Source: Takakia lepidozioides
Taxonomy: Eukaryota > Plantae > Bryophyta
Assembly (NCBI GenBank): GCA_030704615.1
Contig: CM060733.1
Span: 69,068,001-69,132,000 of the forward strand
Reading direction: 5' to 3'
DNA length: 64,000 bases
In this document: piece after piece, positions 48,301 through 60,385 of the stretch
Layout of the letters: each line of letters starts with the position of its first letter
How positions within the stretch are numbered: the first letter of the stretch is position 1
Made by a program: the position numbers and the translations under genes
Notes under the pieces: model-generated
What the model was told of the DNA's origin: nothing
Databases searched by the model: none
The model's input: only the letters and a program-made list of their open reading frames with translations

Positions 48301-48950
48301 TATTGTCCCCCATGCAATTCCACGCACGTCACTTCTGCAGTTTGGCAAGCCTTTCATAGACTGCAACTTTGGAACGACACTGCCTATCTCCTGCAAATCT
48401 GGTTCTTCGAAAGAAGATAGATGTGTTGGAGGTGGTGGAATCTCATAGATGTCTTCGTCACCGGAGCTTTCCGAGAGATCGACAAAAGTCGTTGACGTGC
48501 TGGTGTCCTTTTTTTTATTGTAGCAGGTGTGAATGCCGGAGCCACCGAAGCGGCAGTTCTTGGAGTGAGTGTAGAACTTGCAGACAAACGTCGCTGATCC
48601 CCGTGCACGCGGTAAGTGCCTGCTGGAACTCTCCATTGTCTAACACGGTCATCGCATACGAATAGCTCCAGAATCATCATACTGTCGACCCTACCGGCGG
48701 AGTCGTGCACTTCTTTCTCCACATGCACAGTTCCAACTTGCAGATCCAAGCTTCTACAGAGGACATCCTCTCCCACGGTTGCCATCCCATTGGCGTCTGG
48801 CACTTTGGTGAGGGGGAGCAATTTGTAAGGACAGTAGAATTTTACCAAATCTCCTGTGAGAGCCATTCGTAAAGCAGAGAAGAGTACGGGAACAGTGTCC
48901 AACAAAGTGTGTCAGCACTGGAGCAACGAGCCGTACGTCTGGGGATAACA
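45332..48950 (-). pseudogene. Mutator-superfamily transposase: GCM-like DNA-binding domain, DDE core and SWIM zinc finger
   Basis: GCM-like DGHPWC..C.GHLRC..HLGNHTHP. Triad WLMF[N]HVKRV (likely D>N), FMADSAQA and NLSETVH. CLFHW (CxxH). SWIM DCTCPDF..VPCKHL. Frameshifts, a stop at 46904 and a donor at 46852. Confidence 0.85.
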
Positions 48951-49989
48951 TCAAACAACATGATCGACGCGCCCATACTAGAACGTTACTGCCGATGCAC
49001 GGCTAGGTGGATGAGCAGTTTCATTCCACCTTGCACCAGGCCATCTATCTTCATCCATCCACATCACCCATCTGACAAGGCATCTTATGTAATCAATAAC
49101 TGCTTGTATCCAACGGTTTTCTTCAGACACCAGCTGTCCAGCCACCCGTTCATTCTATCTTAAGATGTGATGTGTCATAAGTGAAGATGAAAAGCAAGTA
49201 GGATGAAATTGTTCTACTTGTTTTTCATTCATTTGTTTTGAATGAGCAGAGGACGTGGAGAAGACACCACCACCGAAGAGACAACCAAAAATTCCCCAGG
49301 AGCGTACTTCTGTTCTAAAACAACCTTATTTTAGCGCAACTCTTGACCGTTAAGGGACGACGTGTCTTGCATGCAGATGGTCCACGCAACCCCGCTGCTT
49401 CTCCACGAAGCTGGCATCTTGGCGCAGTAGGGGAGGGGGAGAGACAAGTGATTTTCCTCTTTCTCGCAACATTTTTTCGCTCCCTCTCTGCAATCTTGGA
49501 TCCTGTCGATAGTGAGACTCCCTCTCGAGCTAGAAGAAGGCGCCGCCGAACTCTGTACTTCACATCTAGCAAACAAAGGTTGCGGGCAAAAGAGAGAATG
49601 AAGAAGATCCGAAGGGAACTCATGTTGGGAGAAGACACCGGGGTGGGACAGGCCGGAGGTCGAGAGGGAGGCAGAGGCTGAAGAGAGAGAGGCCGGAGGA
49701 GCTGGTGCGCGGCAGTCTCCAGAGGGTTTAGCCGCCGTGCAAGAGGAGCCAAACGAGCTTCAGTCTTTTGAGGGTGGAGAGGAGGAACCCTGGACCCGAC
49801 TCAGACAACAGTCCCCGATGGTTCGCGTAATGGAAGAGACAGCGGAGCTTGAAGTGCGTGGTTTTGTCACCCACCAGCCTGATCTTCTGGGACCGGTCCT
49901 CCCACACGAATTGAAGGAGATGAGTCAGACAGGAGGTGCGTCTTTGAGCGCTGCGAAGAAGCAAGCCGAGGTATGTATGACGTACTAAT

Positions 49990-52900
49990 TGTCAAAGACG
50001 AGAACATGACTGAACACAAACAAGAGATAAAACTAGAGATACAATGCTAGACAAGAAGTCAAAGTCGGCATGGCCGAATGCACGATGAGTAAATAGGAAT
50101 CAAGACGATCTTTATAACAATGAACAAGAGTACAAGATATTGGAACAAGACTTGAATACTGGAATGCTGGAAACTGGACTAGAGTACCAGATACTGGGAA
50201 CTGGGCTAGAGTACTGGGAACTGGAAACAAGAGTAGCTTGAACTGGTGTTGGCGAGACTGAAGAGTGTCCAGTCTCGCCTCCTATATATACTGGCTACTA
50301 AGAAGCTTCCCCAAGAAGCTTCTCCTATGGAGGTTTCTTGCTGGAGAAGTTTCCAAGATTAAACAAAGGTTTCTTGATAGAGAAGCTTCCTTAAACAAAT
50401 GAGGTATCTTGATGGAGAAGTTTCCTCCAAATGAAGCTTCCTGAGTAGTTTCCCAAGTTATTCTTGGTAATTTGGTAAACTCCCGATAACTTGGTAAGTA
50501 ATGGTAATCATGGTAACTTTCGGTAACATGGTAACTTGATCACTTCTGGTATTTACTCCTGGTAAGTTCTTCTGAGCGTTGTCCGTGACATCACCCCCTC
50601 CTCTAGCGTCGAGTTCCTCGAGCAGCAGTAAAATCTTGGACTTGCTTAGAGTTGGAGAAAATCCAAAATCCGACGAATGGTACTTGCCAAGTATTCGGCT
50701 CTTCGTTCTTGACTCAAATGATTTATAGGTCCCTGCAACCATTGATAGTGTCCAACACCTTGAACTTGGGACCACACAATGATTTGAGCATTCTGATTTT
50801 CGAAGCTGCCTTCAAACATGATTTCGTTGCCCTCTGGGTCCGAAGCCTCAACCTCCAACAGAATTATCAGACTTCGAGTAGGCTGCACTTGTCGTCGTAC
50901 GGGGTTCAGACGAGGAAGTACGCGTCGCATTGGTGGCCCATCGTCTCGAGAGCGTCGGCGTAATGTTGAAGGTCGTGAGAGTCGGAATGGCTGATCTGGT
51001 AGCTGGGTAAGCGACAACTCCAATGTATCTGGTTCCTGTGACTCCATACTGCCAATACAAGATGCAAGAGTGCTGGAAGTGTAGCTATATATACTGATGT
51101 GTGGTGCTCCTCCCTCCTTAGCGTGTATTAGGTACATTGAATGTGGAGTCTCCACCTTGAAGCTAACTTGGCTGACATCATCGTTGTGACGTCTTATTGA
51201 CGTGTAGCTCGGGGCTTAGCTGGATATCGTTGATGAAACTCTTTGACTTTGTCAGATGCATTGGTGAGGTTGGATGAAGCTTCTCACGTTTGTTCGCTGA
51301 TGTCGTAGCCTTTTCAATGTACGAAATATTCAAGACGTTTATACTTGATGCGAGAGTCTAGGACTTCGTCGACTTCATACTCAAGTTCTTGATTGACTTC
51401 GACTGGTGGAAGTGGTACGAAGACTCTCCCTGGAATATTCGATGGATGATATAACTCCAATAATGAAACATGAAAAACTGGATGGATGCGCATACTTCGT
51501 GGGAGTTCAAGCCAAAAACTGACCGGATTTATTTGTCGAATAATTTTGAATGGTCCCAGGCGTTGATAATCCAATTTCCTTGATGGTCGCGAGGTCTGTA
51601 TGTCTCGTCGAAGAAGCCACACACGATCTCCGACCTTGAACTGGGGTTGGAGTTGACGACGTTGATCTGCATACTCATTGTATTGTTTTTGAGCTTCTGC
51701 GAGATGGGATGTAAGCTCATAGTGAATCGTAGCTAGATGAGTAGTAAGGTTTTCTGCAGCAGGGCTTCCAACAGTCTTCATGTGGAAAGGGTTTGTTCGA
51801 GGATGATGACCATAATTGGAGAAAAATGGAGTTTGTTTTGTCGAAGAATGTATAGTGTTGTTGTAGGCAAACTCAGCCAATGACAGAAGGTCCGTCCAAT
51901 TATCTTGGTGGTAATTTATCGTACAGCGAAGATACTGCTCCAAAATCTGGTTTACACGTTCGGTTTGACCATCAGTCTGTGAATGATTAGCTGTAGAGAG
52001 GTTGATCTTAGTATCCAATATGTGAAATAATCCCCTCCAAAAATTTGATATGAACTGTGGTCCTCGATCAAATACGATGTCCTTCGGGAGTCCATGAATG
52101 CGGTAGATATTATTGAGGAAGTGTCTTGCAGTTTCCTCGCCGGTAACCGTCTTATTACATGGAATGAAATGTGTCATATTCGTAAAACGATCTACAATAA
52201 CAAAGATTAAATCGGTGGTCTTGGAAATTGAAGGGTCCGTAATAAAGTCCATAGACACGGACGACCATGGACCCTCGAGAATGGATAATGGTTGAAGAAG
52301 GCCGTAAGGTCGATGTCGTGGTCCCTTCACTCTAGCACACGTGTCACAAGATTTTATGAATTCTTTCACAAGTTTCCACATCTGCGGCCACCAATAGTCT
52401 CTGGATATCAACTCCAATGTTTTGTTGAAGCCGAAATGTCCTACAGCCGGAAGATCATGACATGTTTGAAGAATTCGAAATCGTGTCGGTCCTGGTGGTA
52501 CATAGAGAAGTCCCTTGAAGTAAAGTAAGTCATCTTTGAATTCGAAGTCGTTTGTAACATGTGGATTGTCTCGAGGTTGATTTAGTTGACTTCGTAGTGT
52601 CGTAGCAGCAAAGTGGTCACTCTTCAGTGCTTCATGAATCTCCTTTATGATCTCTGCATCGTCATAGGTGGACATGGATAGCATATTCAATTGGAGATTT
52701 GCTGGTTTCAAGATAATAGATTTTTGTTGGTCAAAAACTGCATCCCCTTCTTTTGGCGCAAGATACGATCGTCGAGAAAGAGCATCTGGTTTTCCTTGAA
52801 GATGTGCGGGACGGTAGGTAATAACAAAATCAAACCTTGCTAGTGACATACTCCATCTCGCTTGACGTCGATTCAAAACACGAGCACTCATAAAATATTC

Positions 52901-55900
52901 GAGGTTTTTGTGATCGGTATAGACAATGATCTGATGTTTAGCTCCCTTCAAAAGATGTCGTCACTCCTCAAAAGCATCGATAATCGCTAGAAGTTCTTTG
53001 TCATGGATTTCATAATTGATCTCCGCAGCGGAAAATTTGCGAGAACGAAAACCAACAGGGTGGAGTCGGCCATCTGTACCGTATTGCGGGAGTACCGCGC
53101 CAAGTGCAAAGTCCGATGCATCTGCTTCTAAGAAGAATGGTTTAGATGGGTCTGCATGTACCAGTATTGGAGCCGTTGTAAATGCCTACTTCAGCCTTTC
53201 AAATGCCTGGTGAGCCTTCTCGTCCCATACAAATTTGTCCTTCCCTGTGAGTCGTGTCAACGGTGGAGCAATTTTTGAGTAGTCATTGATGAAGATTCTA
53301 TAGAAATTTGTTAAGCCCAGAAAACATTGTACATCTCGGACCAAAGTTGGTTTAATCCACTCGATGATGGTTTGTATTTTCTTCTGATCCATAAAGACGC
53401 CTTTGTCGGAATAATGTAGCCCAAAAATTCGACCTCAGATTGATGGAAAAGACATTTCTCCAACTTGGCATATAGTCATCTTTCTCTTAATTTATCAAGG
53501 ACAAGGCGTACATGGCGGTCATGTTCTTCTTCATTCTGTGAAAATATCAAAATGTCGTCCAAATAGATGACTACAAAGTCATCTAAAAATTCTCGAAAGA
53601 TGTCATTCATCATATGTTGGAAAATTGCTGGAACATTGGTAAGACCGAAAGGCATAACACTGTATTCAAAATGTTCATACTTTGTTCGAAAAGTTGTTTT
53701 CCATTCGTCTCTTTCTTTTATCCGTACAAGGTTATAGGCTCATCTCAAGTCGATTTTTGTGAAAATCTTCGCTCGTCCCAGCTGGTCAAAAAGCCCAGAA
53801 ATCAGCAGCAACGGATAACGATTCTTGATTGTGACTTTGTTGAGACCGCGATAGTCGACACACATGCGTAATGATCCGTCCTTCTTTTTCACAAACAAGA
53901 TAGGCGCCCCCGCGGGTGATTTTGAATGTCGGATAAAGTGCTTCGACAAATTTTCATCAATGTATTCACGTAATGCAGCCAATTTCATCTGCGATAAGCT
54001 ATAGATTGGGCCGAATGGTGGTTAGGTTTTTTTTTGTAACTCAATTACACAGTCATAAGGTCGATGTTCTGGCAACATGTCTGCATTTTTTTTCTCGAAG
54101 ACATCTTTGAAATCTTGATATTGAGCGGGTAATGTTGAAGTATCTTTGTCTGTTGTGGTCTTGATCAGAGTCGCATAAAGTGCAAATGACGCCTTCTTGG
54201 TAGCTCTCATGAAAGCTCTAGCTCCAAGGAATAGGGGTTGAATACCTTTGATATTTCTACATTTTTGTCTTGCAGAAATTTTTCGCGATCGTCAGTCGAT
54301 GTCGGGATTGTGAAGTACGAACCAGGGAAGTCCAAGGATCACAGGATTCGTTGGAGACTGGATGACATTGAAAACAATATGTGATGCTTGATCTTTAAGT
54401 GGTCGAGTTTCATGGTCCACATTTCCTGATGCTAACGGTCCATCGATGACTTCAATGGGGGCCGAGAATTTCTTCTTTACGAGCGTCAAATTGTGTTGCT
54501 TCGCAAAGTTTTTGTCCGTAAAACAAGCTGAAGCTCCTGAGTCCAAAAGTGTTTCTACAACGATATCTCGATTTTGCACTCTGATTTTTACCGGAAGTGT
54601 GAAGCAAGGTGCAGGGTCTGGAGGTAGAAAGAGACCTTTTTTTTCTGTAAGGAATTTGTGGTGTCCAGCCGCATGGTCCGTACTGTGACTAGACATCGTC
54701 GTTTTCCGACCTCCTCATATCGAACACTTGAGTTGTGCCCCGAGCTTTGAATCTTCTCTTGTTGGGGCAGTTTAATGCTATATGATCTTCTTCTCCGCAA
54801 TAGAGGCATAATCCATTCGAGCGTCGTCTTTGTTTTTCTTGTGGCGTCAATGGTTTGAATCGGACAGCATCAATCTGCATATGATCACTACTAGATGTCT
54901 GATGGATCGTTGTATTTGGTGTCGTAGTAGCAGTGACATGATGCGTCGTCGACCATCCATATCGCTTCTCTTGACATCTTTCGAACAAACGATTATCGCA
55001 TGCAATGACTTGGGTGATGAATTCACTCAGTATGCTCACGTTTGGCATTGTCAGCAACAAATCTTTTACATCATCTTTTAGTCCACATCGAGACTGACTA
55101 ATGAGGCTCTTCTCATTACAGTCGAGGTCGCATGCAAGTTGTCGAAATTTGGCAGCATAAACGGAAGCAAGATGTGCTCCTTGTCGAAGATTTCACATCT
55201 TTGTTTTTGCAACTCTTTCTCTATCATTTTCTCCAAACGTTGCAGTGAACTCGGACATGAATGCTTCAAAATTATATAGTAAATGTGAATTTTTTTCTAA
55301 TAGCGGTGCAAATCAAGATAGGGCAGTGCCTGATAGAAGGATGCCCACAAATCCCACTTGAATACCTTCATCGGGGTAGTGTTATGGATGTAGTCGTAGG
55401 AACAGTCGTACTTGTTGAACAAAACCGCGAAATCTTGATCTCGTCCCATCAAATTTCTCGGGCATGCTGATCTTTGGTTCTCTCGTAATCTGTTGAAGAG
55501 GAACCGTTGCAGTAGGAGCTGTTGCAGTAGGGACTCGTATGGTTGAAGATCCATTGACTTCTTTAACTCTGAAATTTGTTGTTGCAAATTGTGGAGAGCG
55601 TTGCCAAGATCTTGAGACTGATCAGCTTGTAATTGGGCGGTAGCTGTACGAAGTTCTTGCATCTGGAGCTAAAGACTCTGCAATGTGGTGACCATTTCCG
55701 CAAATGTGTCTTCCATCTTAACTAACTAAAGAACAAACTTTAGTTTCGCCAAACTGTCAAGGACGAGAATATGACTGAACACAAACAAGACATAAAACTA
55801 GAGGTACAATGTTAGACAAGAAGTCAAAGTCGGCGTGGCCGAATGCACGATGAGTAAATAGGAATCAAGACAATCTTTATAACAATGAACAAGAGTACAA

Positions 55901-56386
55901 GATATTGGAACACGACTTGAATACTGGAATGCTGGAAACTCGAAAAGAATACCAGATACTGGAAACTCGGCTAGAGTACTGGAAACTGGAAACAAGAGTA
56001 GCTTGAACTGATGTTGGCGAGACTGAAAAGTGTCCAGTCTCGCCTCCTATATATACTGGCTACTAAGAAGCTTCCCCAAGAAGCTTCTCCTATGGAGGTT
56101 TCTTGCTGGAGAAGTTTCCAAGATTAAACAAAGGTTTCTTGATGGAGAAGTTTCCTTCAACAAAGGAGGTATCTTGATGGAGAAGTTTCCTCCAAAGGAA
56201 GCTTCCTGAGTAGTTTCCCAAGTTACTCTTGGTAATTTGATAAACTCCCGGTAACTTGGTAAGTAATGGTAAATCATGGTAGATCATGGTAAATCACGGT
56301 AAGTCATTGTAACTTTCGGTAACATGGTAACTTGGTCACTTCTGGTATTTACTCCTGGTAAGTTCTTCTGGGCTATGTCCGTGACA
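49990..56386 (-). mobile_element. Ty3/gypsy chromovirus (Tcn1/Tf1-like), degenerate; LTRs 49990-50590 and 55755-56386
   Basis: TG...CA LTRs; TSD CTAAT/CCAAT (4/5). [41 protein letters not shown] and chromodomain EYEVDEVLDSR. Confidence 0.95.
50646..51155 (-). CDS. Extra sense ORF (169 aa) between the chromodomain and the 3' LTR
   Basis: Uninterrupted ORF in an element whose gag-pol has many stops; no recognisable domain. Confidence 0.4.
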   Translation of the reverse strand: METPHSMYLIHAKEGGAPHISIYSYTSSTLASCIGSMESQEPDTLELSLTQLPDQPFRLSRPSTLRRRSRDDGPPMRRVLPRLNPVRRQVQPTRSLIILLEVEASDPEGNEIMFEGSFENQNAQIIVWSQVQGVGHYQWLQGPINHLSQERRAEYLASTIRRILDFLQL

Positions 56387-56430
56387 CCAATTACCACAGC
56401 TGAGTTTTAGTCTGTGTGATAGATCGCAAT

Positions 56431-57163
56431 CAACATTACGTCAACGCAAGGTCGATTTGTTGGTAGTTGGAATGCTCGAATATAGACTGGTTGACAAGAA
56501 GATGATTCTGTCAAGAAAACCTGAATCAACCTTGCGATCCGAATTCAGTGGCCTGGTTCTCTTTTCCTTGAAGTTTGAATGTCACAAAACAACCTTGCGT
56601 TGACGCAAGGTTGTTTCGAATGTACTGTCATTGTCTGTTTCGCCCATTCACTGTTTGTTTTCCCACTGTTGCAAATCCCACAATCAACCTTGCGTCAACG
56701 CAAGGTTGGTTCGGGCTGAAGCATGTGTCCTTCTGAAGGGTTTTTTTGAATGGTTGAAGTTCATCAAACAACCTTGCGTTGACGCAAGGTTGTTTGAGAG
56801 CACAGCCAATGGCTCGTTTTGCCTTCATTCCGAAAATTGCCAGCCGAAGAAACAACCTTGCGTCAACGCAAGGTTGATTTGGGCTGCACTTGAGTGTCTG
56901 TCTGTAGGGATTCTGGAACTGCCAAAGCTCATTAAACAACCTTGCTTTGATGCAAAGGTAGTTTGAGAGTCTTGCCAATGTTTGTTTTCTCTTTCAACCC
57001 CACAGTTGTATGCCCCATGAAACAACCTTGCGTCAACGCAAGGTTGATTTGGGTTGTTGTTCTTTGTCCTGTGTCCTGTGTCCTGAGTCCTGGCGAAGTC
57101 TGTATTTAACTCCTTTCCCATTGTTGGAAGCCCCACAAACAACCTTGCGTTAACGCAAGGTTG
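56431..57163. repeat. Array of the 24-bp palindrome CAACCTTGCGTYRACGCAAGGTTG in intron 1 of gene B
   Basis: Copies at 56431, 56590, 56685, 56769, 56853, 56937, 57023 and 57140; central spacing 84, 84, 84, 86. Confidence 0.95.
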
Positions 57164-57439
57164 ATTGGGGCTACAAATGAAGGGTCATTTTCACTTGTCC
57201 CAAGGTTGTTTTGGGCCATACAACTGCATGTCTATCTGCAATTGTGTTCAATACCAGACTTCATGACTGATTGATCTTCCATTTTCTTACAGAGGAAAAG
57301 GAAAAGGAAAGAACGTGCCAGAGACGGAGGAGAGGCAGACGATGAAGATGATGAAGAAGGCGATGACGAGCATTACGCGGACAGAGCAGAGGCTGTTATC
57401 GGGGGATAGAAGGTAAATTCTTCGAAGGTCATCCTGTCC

Positions 57440-57885
57440 ATGAAAATTCCTGGTGGAGACATCCTTATCCCACTGTGCAGAATGATATCGATGCCCGTTG
57501 TCCGGCCAGCACTCAGAAACGACATAAGGAAACTGATTTTGTGCATGGGTATGTGAAGGGTTCTGCGGTGTTCTATGTTTCCACAACTGACACGAAGGGC
57601 GAAGAGTGCCCTGTATCAGAAGAGATAGAGGAAGGTTGGGATGCATGTTGGCGTGAAGTTAACAGGGAGTTCGAGGCCAAACTATCCAAGAAGGCTTCCA
57701 CGAAAGTTTTCATGGGGAAGTTGTTTTTTGTGTGGGATGGAAATCACCGGTTGCTTGCTTGGATGGACTACATATCGGAATTGCACTCTGACAAAAAAGA
57801 CTGGCACTGGAGCGTTCATTCTATGGTTCTGGATCACAAAGGACGAATCACACATCTACTCACTGCCATGCACGACATCAACAAG
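57440..57885 (+). CDS. ParB/Srx-like domain of gene B
   Basis: LIPLCRMISMPVVRPALRNDIRKL (frameshift) DFVHGYVKGSAVFYVS..FFVWDGNHRLLAWM; DGxHRxxA is the ParB/Srx signature. Confidence 0.75.
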
Positions 57886-59165
57886 TAAGTTTTCCGAAAT
57901 TGTTGTGCATTTTTTGATTGCATTGCTCTGTTTGTGGTTGTTTTTTTCTTAATTGGAAAAGTGACTGTTCAATGTAGATCAAACGAAACCTCCCACGTAA
58001 CAACCAACCTCTGCCACACCCTTTTCCGGGTCCAGAAGATCGGTATGATGCCACTGGAATCGTTTGCGAACGTGTTGACTCCAAGTCAAATGAAGAGATG
58101 CAGGGAGAAGAAGCTCATCACCTGGTATAATCTGACAAGAGAGGCATTTCTTGACTACATGTACACGGTAAAGAAACTTAAACCGAATTGAAATTCAGAC
58201 TTGTTTGTTCCCTATTTTCATTGGCTGTGAACTGAAGTATCTTATATGTTGGATTGTTTGCAGCAAGAGATAGCGGAGACAGGCTTGAAGGCGAAGGCCG
58301 AATACTACGCCACTCACGCAGAGGAGGAGAGGTCTGCTGTGGGGGTGGCCGAGGCAATCCGGTTGGAGATGGATAACCACAGGAAGAACCTGCTGAGTGC
58401 GTTTGACAAACAAATCCGTATTGCAGATCCCGGTCTCGGCTCAGAGTTCCTGGAGTAGGTGAAAGTGCACTACCACAAGTATGGAACTAAACCCAAAATG
58501 ACTTAAGAGAAACTGCATCGCTTGTCCATTTCAATGGTGGACACCGCAACCAAAATCAGATGGTTGGAGATTTGGAACTCGAATCCTCTAGTGAAGGACA
58601 CGTATGGGTTTCCAAGAACGGAGAAAGACCCCAAATCCAATGTGGTAAAAGTGGTGAGCGACCACTCCTTTGACCAGTGGCTTCACAAAGCTACATTCTG
58701 GAGCCAGGTGAGAGAAACCACCAATTCATTCTTGCAGTCTCCATTTTTTCATGATTTTGTGTTGCATAGTTCCATAGCCTCACATTTGCTTTGTTGGAAC
58801 AGCTGGAGAGGCGTGCTATTTCAGCACTGGGAGAGTCCTTGACTGACTACAAAATCACAATGACAACACCCAGAATCTCTCTTGAGCAATACATTCGGAG
58901 ATGGAAAGGTGCTATATGGAACAACTATTTCTTCAGGGAGTTTGAAAGAGACAAAGACATTTCCAGGTCGAATGAGTTCAAGAATCAGTACAATAGCGAG
59001 CAAGCTATGAAGCGAGTCTTGTACAGGTATCATGTTTCTTCATTGTTTCTTTTCTTGGTTTCGTTTTTCCTCATCGAATCATTCTTATGTTGTTGCAAGG
59101 CATGGTTTGGGACTGCCAATGTGAGGGTACATTGATCGTCTGCCGTTCCTTTTCCAGACGTAACT

Positions 59166-59610
59166 TAACCTTTCGTCAACGCAAGGTTGATTCGGGCTGG
59201 TGGTTCTGCACTTCTTGCACATATTTTTGTTTTGTAGTATGGTACTTCTCCAGGCATGTTCCAACCTTGCGTTGACGCAAGGTTGGATGTAGGTCCTGCA
59301 GAACAATATTTTCCGAATTTTCATTGCACGTAGAGGTACATTTTCCGTTCATTCTCTTCTTGTCCACAGTCTCTTCGTTTCAAATTATGCTTCTAAATAT
59401 TCATTTTACAGACTCATTTCAACCTTGCATTAACGCAAGATTGTTTGAGACTTGATTTTACCTGCAGATTTAGGTTAAACTTCAGAGCAATGTACATCCT
59501 TGTTTTGACGCAAGGCTATACTTTGCTCGTAATAGACCAATTTTTGTGTTATCGTTGCTGGTATCGGCAATTTGTTGGGATGCCTCAAACAACCTTGCGT
59601 TGACGAGGTA
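59166..59610. repeat. Second cluster of the same 24-bp palindrome, in a later intron of gene B
   Basis: Copies at ~59166, 59262, 59420, 59495 and 59590. This intron (after VLYR) corresponds to the intron of gene A that holds the 146-bp array. Confidence 0.9.
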
Positions 59611-60385
59611 CTTTGTTTTTCCAGATTCTATAATTCTGCTGGACAATGGCCTTCACTAAATTGATCATTTGGGTGTGTTTTCCAGGTACATTTACCATGT
59701 CCTCATTCCCGGCAAGTACCTCAGTGATGAACCGGATTTCATTTTCATGTGGGCGGACCCCACTAAGGACAAGACAATGTACACTGCTGGAATCGCGAAG
59801 GACTGGGGCAGGGCGCACTTCAGAGATTGTGGCTGGTACCTGGACTTGCCCAAACAGGACACACCGTTCGAGGAGGTGGTCATGCACAACTTCAATGACA
59901 ATGCAGCTGCTCTTGCACCACTTAGTGACAAGGAAATTCAGGAGAGAATAATTCAAGCCCTCGCAACAAAGGAGCCGGAGAAAAGTAGCACTCCCAAATG
60001 GAAAGGGAAGGGCACAGGTGATGGGAAGGGTAAGGGGAAGATTGTGGCTAGGCAGGATTAGGCTGTGTAGGACACCACGGAGCGTCAACCCTCTCCAACT
60101 CGCAAGGACAGGAAAACTCCTAAAACTAAAGAACAGCCTTACGAGGCCAGAAAGCACCCTTCTCGGGTATTGGATCAGTATGAAAGTGAGGTGATTAACG
60201 AGAGTTTCTTGGCAATGATGGAATCCAAAAAATCCACATTCAAAGGAGAGAGATCGAAGACTTGGGACATCATGATTTCTTTCCTCACAAAGGTGCCCAC
60301 ACAAAACTTTGCCTGGTGTGTTTTTTACTTTGTTCAACATTGTGTTCTGCTCCTAACTAGTCCACTGATTTTATATGTGGAACAG

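Noticed and set aside
56431-57163. CRISPR array (palindromic repeat with regular spacers)
   Set aside because: The spacers are ~60 bp and alternate spacers are homologous to each other, as in a diverged tandem dimer. There are no cas genes and the context is a eukaryotic intron.
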